Part shown: piece after piece, positions 55,984 to 64,000 of the stretch
Layout of the letters: every line of letters begins with the position of its first letter
Numbering within the stretch: the first letter of the stretch is position 1
Virus record (IMG/VR): IMGVR_UViG_3300025138_000015
Length of the DNA stretch: 64,000 bases
Reading direction: 5' to 3' (one strand)
Source: a virus
Notes under the pieces: model-generated
Database searches by the model: none
What the model saw: only the letters and a program-made list of their open reading frames with translations
What the model was told of the DNA's origin: nothing
Made by a program: the position numbers and the translations under genes

Positions 55984-56196
55984 TTAGCCGTCTATAAGTG
56001 TTTGTACTTCGGCGATTTGAGCTGTGTTTGTAGTCACTGAAGCGTCGTATGCAACTTTTTCTGGTGCATCTGCCGCCATTGAATCGTAACCACTAGGTTT
56101 TGCAGGTGCTCCTGCTCCTTCAAACCATGCTTTTCTACCTGCTAAGTCATCCATTCCTGGAATCGTAGGTGTAGAGTATCCTTCTGGTGCTGCCAT
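55984..56196 (-). CDS. Hypothetical protein
   Basis: AGGAG RBS. Confidence 0.65.
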   Translation of the reverse strand: MAAPEGYSTPTIPGMDDLAGRKAWFEGAGAPAKPSGYDSMAADAPEKVAYDASVTTNTAQIAEVQTLIDG

Positions 56197-56227
56197 GTTG
56201 TTCTCCTAAATGTTAAATTTAACAGTT

Positions 56228-57412
56228 TTATTTAGGCTTTTTCATGTTTAGAATCTTATCTTTTGGTACTTGTAAAACATATCTATTCTCTACAGTTTTT
56301 GGTTTAATTGTACCTGTCTTAGGGTGTGCTATAAGACCAATTGATGTGATTAAGAGTAGAATGGCCAAAGGGTCAAACACAAATATAATAGCAAATATAA
56401 CCCATCGTATTGCGTTATCGAGATAATCTCTGGCAGTTTCCTGACCGTATATGACTTCAGCGACATATTTAATAGGTCCAACTTCTCTCTCAAAATTTAG
56501 TATCTCCTGTTCAAATGGGAATCTTTCTTCCTTGTATACACTTATTGTATCATATAAGTCATCTATCTGCAACTGGTATTCTGTGGTTCTATTGATAATA
56601 TCATCTGCATCTCCTGTAGATGATATCTGAAGTCTCTTAATCTCATCATTGGCATTGTCTATAGTTGTTTGTGCTTGTGTTCTATACTTGTCTATGTTTG
56701 ATTGTTGTTGTGATATATCAGTTCTTATTTGTTGTCTTTGTTCTGATTGTTGTTCAAACAATGTATTTGCCTGTACAACATAGTCGATTGTCTGCTTCTC
56801 ATCACCTTGGAAGAGACCTCCTTCATCGGTGGTGATAACCTCAACACCTTTGTTTCTTAATTCATTGACTGCAGTATCTAAGGAAGTCATCTGAGTTCTA
56901 AGACTTTCTATCTGAACTTGTGCATAGTCTATATCTCCTTGAACTCTTTCCCATGCACCATCTCTGATGACCTCTTGTTGTCGAATTGATTCTGACACAT
57001 CTATCTTGGAAGTTCCAAGGGAATTCATTCTTTCCTCTAAAAGGGAAATCGAGTTGCCGGTTCGGAGTATTTTACCATCTATTTTCTGAAGTTCTGATTG
57101 TGCAACTGATGTTTTATATGATGTATCTGAACTTGCCTTTGCAAGGTAACCAAATATACCAAGTGATGTGATTAACATCAATATGAATACTGAGAATGTG
57201 AGATAGTATTTCATGTAGTTTAGTCTATCCCAATATAGATGTAGATAGGCAGCCGTCACAATCTTACCAAATTCCAAAGCACCTGCCATAACAACAACAC
57301 CTAAGAAAGCACCTGCAAATATAGTAGCAAGACCAATCACGGAGAAATACGCAGCTATGCCTGCGATTGACATAGAGGTAAATAGGGCGAGGTAATTCAA
57401 AAATTTATTCAT
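56228..57412 (-). CDS. Membrane-anchored coiled-coil protein
   Basis: N-terminal TMs (AAYFSVIGL..F.GA, LEFGK, ITSLGIFGYL), long coiled coil, GPIKYVA and FVFDPLA C-terminal TM. Confidence 0.8.
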   Translation of the reverse strand: MNKFLNYLALFTSMSIAGIAAYFSVIGLATIFAGAFLGVVVMAGALEFGKIVTAAYLHLYWDRLNYMKYYLTFSVFILMLITSLGIFGYLAKASSDTSYKTSVAQSELQKIDGKILRTGNSISLLEERMNSLGTSKIDVSESIRQQEVIRDGAWERVQGDIDYAQVQIESLRTQMTSLDTAVNELRNKGVEVITTDEGGLFQGDEKQTIDYVVQANTLFEQQSEQRQQIRTDISQQQSNIDKYRTQAQTTIDNANDEIKRLQISSTGDADDIINRTTEYQLQIDDLYDTISVYKEERFPFEQEILNFEREVGPIKYVAEVIYGQETARDYLDNAIRWVIFAIIFVFDPLAILLLITSIGLIAHPKTGTIKPKTVENRYVLQVPKDKILNMKKPK

Positions 57413-57415
57413 AAT

Positions 57416-58180
57416 TTACTTGGAGTATTTCTTAATGAGGTCAAACAGTTTTGATGGTTCATACTTGTTTTTCTTCCTCACTATGGGTACATTGGTAGAT
57501 ACCGATGAACCTGTTGCATTTATAGGTGCGTCCTCTTCAAGTTTTGTGTATTTGAAATACTTCATAACTTGGTCTGCAATTTGATATGCACACATTTTAT
57601 CGGAAGGATAATGAACTCCTGCATCAATTCTTCCTTGTGCAGATTTATCTGCATTTAAATGTAAATTTGTTTTGTGTTCTGGATAGATTGAACTGTAATA
57701 ATGTGCAACTACCTTTGCCTGTAGGGCATGATTAGACGGATATGAAGGTGAATCAGTTGTATCAGTCTCCATGTAGTCATATTTGATGCCTAGTTTCTCT
57801 GCAACTTGTCTTGGTCTAGGTCTTTGAAACTCAATCTTATAGTGTCTACCAATATGTTTAGCTGCATCTATAATCTTTTCTATATCATCTAGTTCCCACG
57901 ACAGGTCATTATTAGACATATACTCTTTCATATAATATGATGTATCATGGTCTGTATTGATGTATGCTTTCTTCTGTTCGTCTGATAAGTTCTGCATGTT
58001 TTTTACCATGCCTTCTATCTCTCTTTTTGTTTGTGTTGATGAGTTTGCAGGTGGTGGTGTGACATCAATGTCTTCCATCCAACCATCTCTGAATAGTTTC
58101 TTTGCTTCTTTTGGTTTAAACTCTTTGGTTATTTTACCATATTGAAGATTGTCTATTTCTAATACTTCTTTAATATACAT
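57416..58180 (-). CDS. PAP2/haloperoxidase-family phosphatase
   Basis: K..FQRPRP, SPSYPSNH, R..AGVHYPSD. Confidence 0.87.
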   Translation of the reverse strand: MYIKEVLEIDNLQYGKITKEFKPKEAKKLFRDGWMEDIDVTPPPANSSTQTKREIEGMVKNMQNLSDEQKKAYINTDHDTSYYMKEYMSNNDLSWELDDIEKIIDAAKHIGRHYKIEFQRPRPRQVAEKLGIKYDYMETDTTDSPSYPSNHALQAKVVAHYYSSIYPEHKTNLHLNADKSAQGRIDAGVHYPSDKMCAYQIADQVMKYFKYTKLEEDAPINATGSSVSTNVPIVRKKNKYEPSKLFDLIKKYSK

Positions 58181-58745
58181 CGTCTTGTGTCACCAATACT
58201 CTATGCTCATCGATATAACCAATATAACATGTTATACCAAATATGAGACTATGTTCTTGTAATATATGAACAGGTGTTTTTTCGGGATATACGATAAAAT
58301 CTCCTTGTTCATCAAAATTCTGTTTGAGTTGTCTTTTTAGACCGTATGTTTCTCCTAAGTTCAGAGTTCCTACTTTATGTGCCTCTGATAACATCTCTGC
58401 CTCTAAAACATTTTCATCTTTAAGATGTCTATAGAACTTTTCACATAGTTCTTCCATCTGTTCTGCATTTAGGTTTTGTTGTTCTTTTAGAAGTGCAAGT
58501 GCAATTGCGTAAGAGGCAAATGCAGTCTTACCGAATGGTACTTTTTGTATGATTCTTTTGATATTGAATACAAGTCTAGTCAACATATCCAATGCATCTT
58601 TTTCTGCGGCAGTGTTTAACCCTTTAGACTTGATACGATTACCATTCTTATCTATGAGTCCTAGTTTAAATGCGTCAAAGTCTTTCCACTTTGTCACAAG
58701 CATTTTTAGAACCTTGAATACTACTAGTGTGTTTATTATACCCAT
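58170..58745 (-). CDS. Conserved T4-like late protein
   Basis: DAFKLGLIDKNG, RLVFNIKR, SYAIALALLKE. Confidence 0.78.
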   Translation of the reverse strand: MGIINTLVVFKVLKMLVTKWKDFDAFKLGLIDKNGNRIKSKGLNTAAEKDALDMLTRLVFNIKRIIQKVPFGKTAFASYAIALALLKEQQNLNAEQMEELCEKFYRHLKDENVLEAEMLSEAHKVGTLNLGETYGLKRQLKQNFDEQGDFIVYPEKTPVHILQEHSLIFGITCYIGYIDEHRVLVTQDDVY

Positions 58746-58750
58746 ACTTC

Positions 58751-58758
58751 TATTTATA
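58751..58758 (-). promoter_or_regulatory. Late promoter TATAAATA
   Basis: Exact match 5 nt upstream of the ATG. Confidence 0.8.
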
Positions 58759-58763
58759 TAATC

Positions 58764-58839
58764 TGGAGCTACTGGTCAGAATCGAACTGACTACCTGCTG
58801 ATTACAAATCAGCTGCTCTACCGAATGAGCTACAGTAGC
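58764..58839 (-). tRNA. tRNA-Thr(UGU)
   Basis: GCTGA-TTTGTAA-TCAGC, GTTCGATTC, CCA end. Confidence 0.95.
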
Positions 58840-59211
58840 TTATAATTCCCTTAATCTTTCTGCAAGTTCAAAATCAATATTTATATCAGTATTCCAACTT
58901 TCATCGATATATCCTAGATACAATAACATTGTTTTGACACTTGGCCAATATGAGTCTTCTTTGATTTTAAACTTTAACATTCTCATACATGCCTCAAAAC
59001 CAAAGACATTGAATAGTGTTATAAGGTGGTTTAACATGAGTCTTTCTCTCATCTCACCATTTTCGTGATAACGATGTAATAATCGTTTTAGATATCTGAA
59101 TCTTCGTAAGTCTTCTTCGAAGTCCTCAATGTCGGTGCATTGAGGGTCATCGTAGTTTTGCAGTGCGAATGCACTGAAGTTTTTTGCGGTTAGTTTGTCA
59201 AATAGACCCAT
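58840..59211 (-). CDS. Conserved T4-like hypothetical protein
   Basis: YDDPQC..EDFEEDLRRFRYLKRLL, ERLMLNHLI..FNVF. Confidence 0.8.
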   Translation of the reverse strand: MGLFDKLTAKNFSAFALQNYDDPQCTDIEDFEEDLRRFRYLKRLLHRYHENGEMRERLMLNHLITLFNVFGFEACMRMLKFKIKEDSYWPSVKTMLLYLGYIDESWNTDINIDFELAERLREL

Positions 59212-59255
59212 AATATAATAAATTGTTGTTTACACTATTATATAGTGTAAGAGGA

Positions 59256-59726
59256 TTATACTTTTAAACCCTTTTTAGAAGCTGCTTGTTTCAGACCTTT
59301 AGACCATTTGAATTTCTTGCTTATTTTGTTTTTAGACTTTTTGAGAAACTTCATGGCCATTTGTTTTGCTTTATCTAACATACCTTCTGATATAAGACCG
59401 TCTTCTAATGCTGAAGAAACTAACCAGGATATAAAGTCGTTATGGTTATCATATTCATCTGTAGAATCACCATTTTCTGAATAGGCCTCTCCGTGGAAAT
59501 TTGTTATAACATCTCCTGCATCACCATGAACCATATAATAACCTATTTCTTGGCCTTGGTGATTTACATCAAAACCCCACTCTTCATTTTCTTCATCTTG
59601 GTGAAACATGTTTATATCAACCTTAATGCCCATTACAGTGGTTGAAGTTTTACCTTTGCCTTTGAATATAGACATACCTATATTCTCGTAGAAAGTTCTG
59701 ATGTCTTCGAGAAGTTGTCTTGTCAC
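59256..59726 (-). CDS. Hypothetical protein, possible internal head protein
   Basis: Acidic core, LISE site, very basic tail. Confidence 0.6.
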   Translation of the reverse strand: MTRQLLEDIRTFYENIGMSIFKGKGKTSTTVMGIKVDINMFHQDEENEEWGFDVNHQGQEIGYYMVHGDAGDVITNFHGEAYSENGDSTDEYDNHNDFISWLVSSALEDGLISEGMLDKAKQMAMKFLKKSKNKISKKFKWSKGLKQAASKKGLKV

Positions 59727-59727
59727 T

Positions 59728-60114
59728 TTAGATAGAACCGTATACCTTGTATGAACCGTTTTCTAACATTTCATACTTAACTTTAAGTGAAACAATCTTC
59801 TCTTCTTTTTCTATTTCGTCATATGGTGTATCTACTGATTTACCCATGATTTCACCATAACGAGAGAAGTTTAAATCAAATTCACCTGACTCAGAAAACT
59901 CCATATCTTCGTTTGAAACTGGATTCAAACCGATTTGTGAAAGTTTTGACTTCATCTGTTCAACGGCTGCCTGTGGATTCATGTATTCTGACACTGCAAC
60001 ATGTCCTAAGACTGCGTTTACTCTCGCAACAACATCTGCATCGTCTAATTCATAAGGTGCTTGACCATTTTCAAGTCCTGAATCTTCGAATAAAAAGTTT
60101 TTAAATGTTTTCAT
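59728..60114 (-). CDS. Probable internal head protein
   Basis: N-terminus MKTFKNFLFE resembles the T4 capsid-targeting sequence MKTYQEFIAE. Confidence 0.7.
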   Translation of the reverse strand: MKTFKNFLFEDSGLENGQAPYELDDADVVARVNAVLGHVAVSEYMNPQAAVEQMKSKLSQIGLNPVSNEDMEFSESGEFDLNFSRYGEIMGKSVDTPYDEIEKEEKIVSLKVKYEMLENGSYKVYGSI

Positions 60115-60122
60115 AATTTTCC

Positions 60123-60350
60123 CTATTGATTATCGTAATAGTTTTTATTTAACTCACCACGAATTATTGTTTCACCAATTTTTCTACACTTAATGTAGAC
60201 TCTTTCAGTATTACCACCAATTGATGTAAATGTTCTAATACCGTTTGCAATTGTACCATTCGAATCGGAGTATGTATCTGCATCTGATTTAGTTGCAGTA
60301 TTTTCATACTCCCATATGTTATTCGAACCTGCTACAGTGACATAAGCCAT
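60123..60350 (-). CDS. Hypothetical virion protein
   Basis: MAYVTVAGSNNIWEYEN; in the late cluster. Confidence 0.6.
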   Translation of the reverse strand: MAYVTVAGSNNIWEYENTATKSDADTYSDSNGTIANGIRTFTSIGGNTERVYIKCRKIGETIIRGELNKNYYDNQ

Positions 60351-60359
60351 TTAATTGAC

Positions 60360-60914
60360 TTACGCTACTACAGTAATTGTACCAGCTGCTGTACCAATAC
60401 CTGCTACTGAGGTAATTGTTGATACAGTTGAAGTACCTTTGTCTTTAATTGTTCCACCAGCAAGTGCAAGTGGGTTAGCACCAATTGAAAGTACATCGTT
60501 AGCATCAGTTGCGGCATTTGCAGCTGCAATTCCTAATGCGAATGTAAGTTCGTTAGTACCTGAACCTGATAAGTATGTTAATACATGATTTGCATTTACA
60601 CTATTAACTACTGTAAGTGTAGGTGAACCAGTCACATCGACTGCTTCGTTGAATACTACTTTAAGCGATAGTGTTCCACCTGCTGATTTATCAAATGCTG
60701 TAGTAATCCAATCAATATCAGTGATGTTTGCAGCTCCAAGTGCAGTTGTAAGTGCTGAACTTGACCATGCAACTAATGTTTCAGTCAATGTTCTTGCTCC
60801 CACGATTTTCTTTAATTCCCAGCCATATGGTTTGGCTTGAGTGTTTGTTTTTTCAGCATCGGTTAACCAATTTGGTTTTGATTCGCTTCCGCTTGTATGT
60901 CCCCATAGTGCCAT
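60360..60914 (-). CDS. Virion decoration protein with Ig-like domain
   Basis: MALWG N-terminus; VFNEAVDVTGSPTL, YLSGSGTNELTF Ig-like motifs. Confidence 0.7.
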   Translation of the reverse strand: MALWGHTSGSESKPNWLTDAEKTNTQAKPYGWELKKIVGARTLTETLVAWSSSALTTALGAANITDIDWITTAFDKSAGGTLSLKVVFNEAVDVTGSPTLTVVNSVNANHVLTYLSGSGTNELTFALGIAAANAATDANDVLSIGANPLALAGGTIKDKGTSTVSTITSVAGIGTAAGTITVVA

Positions 60915-60939
60915 GTTTTTCTCCAGTTTTTAAATTCTA

Positions 60940-61512
60940 TTATGATGCAACTTTTAATATAGCATCATATGTTTTTTTGAAAGATTTAGCATCTTTTGCT
61001 AATAATCTAATGTATTTATCCCTTATTGGTGCTTTAACCTTCATTAAAGTGTCATGAACTAACGCTGCATCTTTGCCTTTTACCTTAGTTTTCTTATTAT
61101 CTTTAGTTTGGATTTCACCATCTCTCTTTGTATCAGTAAATTTCTTTAACTGAACGAAGATGTTATTGTCTGCCCAAGCAGCCGAACCACTGGACTTATC
61201 ATTCCATGCATCGAGAGCCCTTTGCATGACTTCATCTTCTGAAGCTTCTGAGTATTTCCCACCTGCCATTTTAGATATTTTATCTAACTTTGCTTCGAGG
61301 TCTTTCTCATTCTTTGCTTGTGCAACTGCACGAGCAATCTTCTTGTTTCCTGCATCAGACATCATTGAGAAATCTGATTGTCTTTCCATAACTTTTCTAA
61401 CTTCTGTAGCTTTCTCTTTGACATAACCAAGTTTTCTAATCTTCTCTTTGAAGACTTTGTATCTTGCATCTGTTGTTAGAACTGTTTCTATGTCTGCCTT
61501 AGTTGGTTTCAT
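60940..61512 (-). CDS. Hypothetical protein, possible internal head protein
   Basis: KLGYVKE, Lys-rich; coupled to the upstream gene. Confidence 0.6.
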   Translation of the reverse strand: MKPTKADIETVLTTDARYKVFKEKIRKLGYVKEKATEVRKVMERQSDFSMMSDAGNKKIARAVAQAKNEKDLEAKLDKISKMAGGKYSEASEDEVMQRALDAWNDKSSGSAAWADNNIFVQLKKFTDTKRDGEIQTKDNKKTKVKGKDAALVHDTLMKVKAPIRDKYIRLLAKDAKSFKKTYDAILKVAS

Positions 61513-61838
61513 TACTCTTCTAAGTCCACTTTACCATCCCATTTGCCTTGTTCAATTTCTCGTATCAAGTCATAACATGTTCTTTCAACTTGTTGTAGGC
61601 CTTTAAATATATTAGATGGTCCGTCTGCACGATTGTTATATTGAAACTTCTCGTGGTCTTTGTTAATCTTCTCAATAGTCTTTAAAATCTTTTTATAACC
61701 ATTGATTTCTAATTTTCTATCGAACTCAGAACCTTTCTTTTCTGCAGGACTTTTCCCATGAAAGTTTATTCTTTCAATGATTTCTTCTTTGCCATCATTG
61801 TGTTCTTTAATTACTTGTACTAGACTTTTATATTCCAT
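61512..61838 (-). CDS. Hypothetical protein, possible internal head protein
   Basis: MEYKSLVQVIKE N-terminus, IIE site. Confidence 0.6.
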   Translation of the reverse strand: MEYKSLVQVIKEHNDGKEEIIERINFHGKSPAEKKGSEFDRKLEINGYKKILKTIEKINKDHEKFQYNNRADGPSNIFKGLQQVERTCYDLIREIEQGKWDGKVDLEE

Positions 61839-61839
61839 G

Positions 61840-63915
61840 TTATTTCTCGTCAAAATGTGTAATTGTTGAAGGGTCACCAAATGATGATTTACCTCTTGCA
61901 ATTGCATCAAAGTCTCTGAGTTTCTTCTTAGTTCCACTCATAACGATTACTGTATCGTCTCTACCTTTGTCCATAGTAATCTTTAAACCCATCATTTTTG
62001 CAGACTGAACAAATTTTTGTTCTTCGGGTCTCTGCATCTTCTTAACTCTGTAAGTAATCATTTCTTCATTGATTGATTCTTTAATACCAAGTTTCTTCAT
62101 CTCAGCTTCGATTTCTTTATTGATTGCTTTTAGAGCATTCAATGAAGGATTTTTAACCTTTGACTTGTTTTGTGCTTTGTCGATTGCTTCCATCTCTTTT
62201 GCTTTCTTCAATAATAAGTTTGAGTATTTTAGGTACTTGCCTTCTTCGATAGAGGCATCTTGCCACATTTGTCTGTAAGAATCCATAACATTTTTGTATG
62301 CACCTTTACTTCTCTTTTCTTTTCTATCGATTGCTATTGCCGCCTGTTGTGCTACTGATACTGCTTCTTGTGTCATAACTTTTGGTTTTAACATTTTCAT
62401 AACTTCTTTGTGTTGTTTAGTCATGTCGTTTTTACCGGCATCGATTGCTAGTTCAAATTGACTTAATCCGTCATCGTTGATGTCTAGTTTGATTAACTGT
62501 TGTCCTTTAAAGTAGTCTAATGCTTTCTGAGCATCTCTTTTGTTTCTGAATTTGTATTCAACATATTCTACTTTTTCTGATATATTTTCTTCAGTCATAC
62601 CCAGCAACTTAAATAAGTCTTTCTTAAATCCACCAGCCATTGGTTTTGGAGATGAGATTTGTGTATAATCATTCTTTGAGTCTGAGACATATGCATCATG
62701 TTTCTTCATGATTTTGTCTATGTCTTTTTTGAACTGTTTGTATAATCTTGTTGAGAGACCCATTTTTTCTTCTGTAATCTCTTCTGATATGTTATCACCT
62801 TGTTTTAGAAGTTTTGCAGCTTTAATTCTGTCATGATAGAAGAACTCATGGTCTTTCTTAGTCTTGTCATCTCTTACAGTGTAAGATTGTCTTGACATCT
62901 TAGTGACTTTACCCATGTACTTTGCACCATCTTTTTGGTAATAATCAATTTCTGTTCCAACTTTGATTGACTTAGGTGTCTCTGTTCCCATACCATGTTT
63001 TGCAAGTTTTCTATAGTTTTCTTGAATTGGTGAATTGAATGTTTCTTCTGCAAGTTTATCCCAACCACCACCGTGGTCTTCTGCAGTCTTTAGTTTACTT
63101 AATGCAACATATAAAGGTTGTAAGTCTACACCATTTTTATAGTCATCTGTTTTACTATATGTTGGGTCAATCATAAGACCGACTTTGTATGCACTTGAAC
63201 CTTCCATTGGTGTTGAGTAAACTGGTTTTTGTTTGATTTTGTTTTTCTTACAGTATGCATCAATCATATCTGTTGCTTTAATGAAGTCTTTCTTATTCTC
63301 TTCTGAAGTGATTCTGTCTCCTTTACCACCTCTGAATTGAATGTAGAAGTCTACACATCTAGGAAATTGTTGTGAAAGGTAAGGAGAGAATTTCTCAGAA
63401 ACATCTTCTTTGATTTTACCCTTAACTATATCTTCTAAGTCACGAGATAACCAATCAAAAAAGTCGTCTGGGTCATCGGTTTTAACTTCACCGTTATCCA
63501 TTGCCCACTGCATTAAGTCGTCTTCTGCTTTTCTGGCTGCTGGTGACATGAAAGATAGGTCTCCAGATTTGTATGCTTTTGTAAGTTCTCTTTTGTGTTT
63601 CTTGAAGATATCTTTCATCTTCATTCTCTCTATAATAGTTTCTTCGTTTGCATACTGTAATGCATTCTGAACTTCTTTTGATTTGAGAATCTTATCACCG
63701 TAGAACTTTTTGATTTCTTGTCTTGCTATAGTATCTGCACCAGACATGTCAAGTGCAACTTCTACTGCCTTTTTAACTTTTGCATCTGATACTTTGTTTT
63801 TTCTGAAGTAATTTGCAACTTCTTGACCAGTAAGTTTCATCTTACCGTAAGGACCTAATGGATTTACTTTACCATCTTTGTCTAAAACTTTCTTTGCTTC
63901 ATGAAATAGATTCAT
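61840..63915 (-). CDS. Large modular protein with recurrent prohead-protease-type sites (candidate internal head polyprotein)
   Basis: ATG 63915 (MNLFHEAKK) behind GGAG; Lys-rich modules separated by I/L/V-x-E(E) linkers. Confidence 0.7.
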   Translation of the reverse strand: MNLFHEAKKVLDKDGKVNPLGPYGKMKLTGQEVANYFRKNKVSDAKVKKAVEVALDMSGADTIARQEIKKFYGDKILKSKEVQNALQYANEETIIERMKMKDIFKKHKRELTKAYKSGDLSFMSPAARKAEDDLMQWAMDNGEVKTDDPDDFFDWLSRDLEDIVKGKIKEDVSEKFSPYLSQQFPRCVDFYIQFRGGKGDRITSEENKKDFIKATDMIDAYCKKNKIKQKPVYSTPMEGSSAYKVGLMIDPTYSKTDDYKNGVDLQPLYVALSKLKTAEDHGGGWDKLAEETFNSPIQENYRKLAKHGMGTETPKSIKVGTEIDYYQKDGAKYMGKVTKMSRQSYTVRDDKTKKDHEFFYHDRIKAAKLLKQGDNISEEITEEKMGLSTRLYKQFKKDIDKIMKKHDAYVSDSKNDYTQISSPKPMAGGFKKDLFKLLGMTEENISEKVEYVEYKFRNKRDAQKALDYFKGQQLIKLDINDDGLSQFELAIDAGKNDMTKQHKEVMKMLKPKVMTQEAVSVAQQAAIAIDRKEKRSKGAYKNVMDSYRQMWQDASIEEGKYLKYSNLLLKKAKEMEAIDKAQNKSKVKNPSLNALKAINKEIEAEMKKLGIKESINEEMITYRVKKMQRPEEQKFVQSAKMMGLKITMDKGRDDTVIVMSGTKKKLRDFDAIARGKSSFGDPSTITHFDEK

Positions 63916-63916
63916 T

Positions 63917-64000
63917 CTACTCTCCAAATATTGCGTATGATAGTATATCGTCTTGCATGATGATTTCTGCCATTTCTTCTCTGAATGCAGTGTCACCATC
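63917..64000 (-). CDS. C-terminal fragment of the upstream gene (partial)
   Basis: DGDTAFREEMAEIIMQDDILSYAIFGE*, ending 1 nt before the next ATG. Confidence 0.5.
   Translation of the reverse strand, partial: DGDTAFREEMAEIIMQDDILSYAIFGE

Noticed and set aside
979-63670. Numerous short opposite-strand or nested ORFs in the track (e.g. 19359-19979, 35872-36375, 53946-54311)
   Set aside because: They lie within well-supported genes and are shadow frames
1-64000. CRISPR array, transposase/integrase, stop-codon recoding
   Set aside because: No repeat-spacer array or mobile-element motifs seen; core genes translate fully in the standard code and end in TAA, TAG or TGA

Overview
A 64-kb segment of an AT-rich T4-like myovirus genome, probably aquatic, mostly on the minus strand. 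The Rz/Rz1-like spanins imply a Gram-negative host, and the bS21 sequence resembles the gammaproteobacterial type (inference). From left to right: (1) baseplate/tail block (DUF4815-like protein, gp8, gp7, gp6, gp25, gp5, hub protein, gp53, gp48, then gp4, gp2, gp54, gp26, gp51 and a gp29-like tape measure on the plus strand); (2) ribosomal protein bS21, gp32, gp59, gp33, an exonuclease, a DenV-like glycosylase and a SleB hydrolase; (3) small early genes behind repeated sigma70 promoter cassettes; (4) an auxiliary/tailoring region (radical SAM-SPASM, SDR, RNase H, a RimK-protease fusion, IscA, a split carbamoyltransferase and most of the seven 2OG-Fe(II) oxygenase-like genes) with four of the five tRNAs; (5) spanins, glutaredoxin, nrdB, nrdA and primase; (6) tRNA-Thr and a cluster of probable internal head proteins. 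Most notable hypotheses: a 30S-platform remodelling module (bS21, a capsid-targeted RimK/RimB-like fusion and many leaderless mRNAs); a programmed -1 frameshift fusing gp26 to gp51 upstream of the tape measure gene; a polyprotein of small modules separated by prohead-protease-type sites; and several candidate structured RNAs. All assignments come from motif recognition and synteny; no database searches were run.
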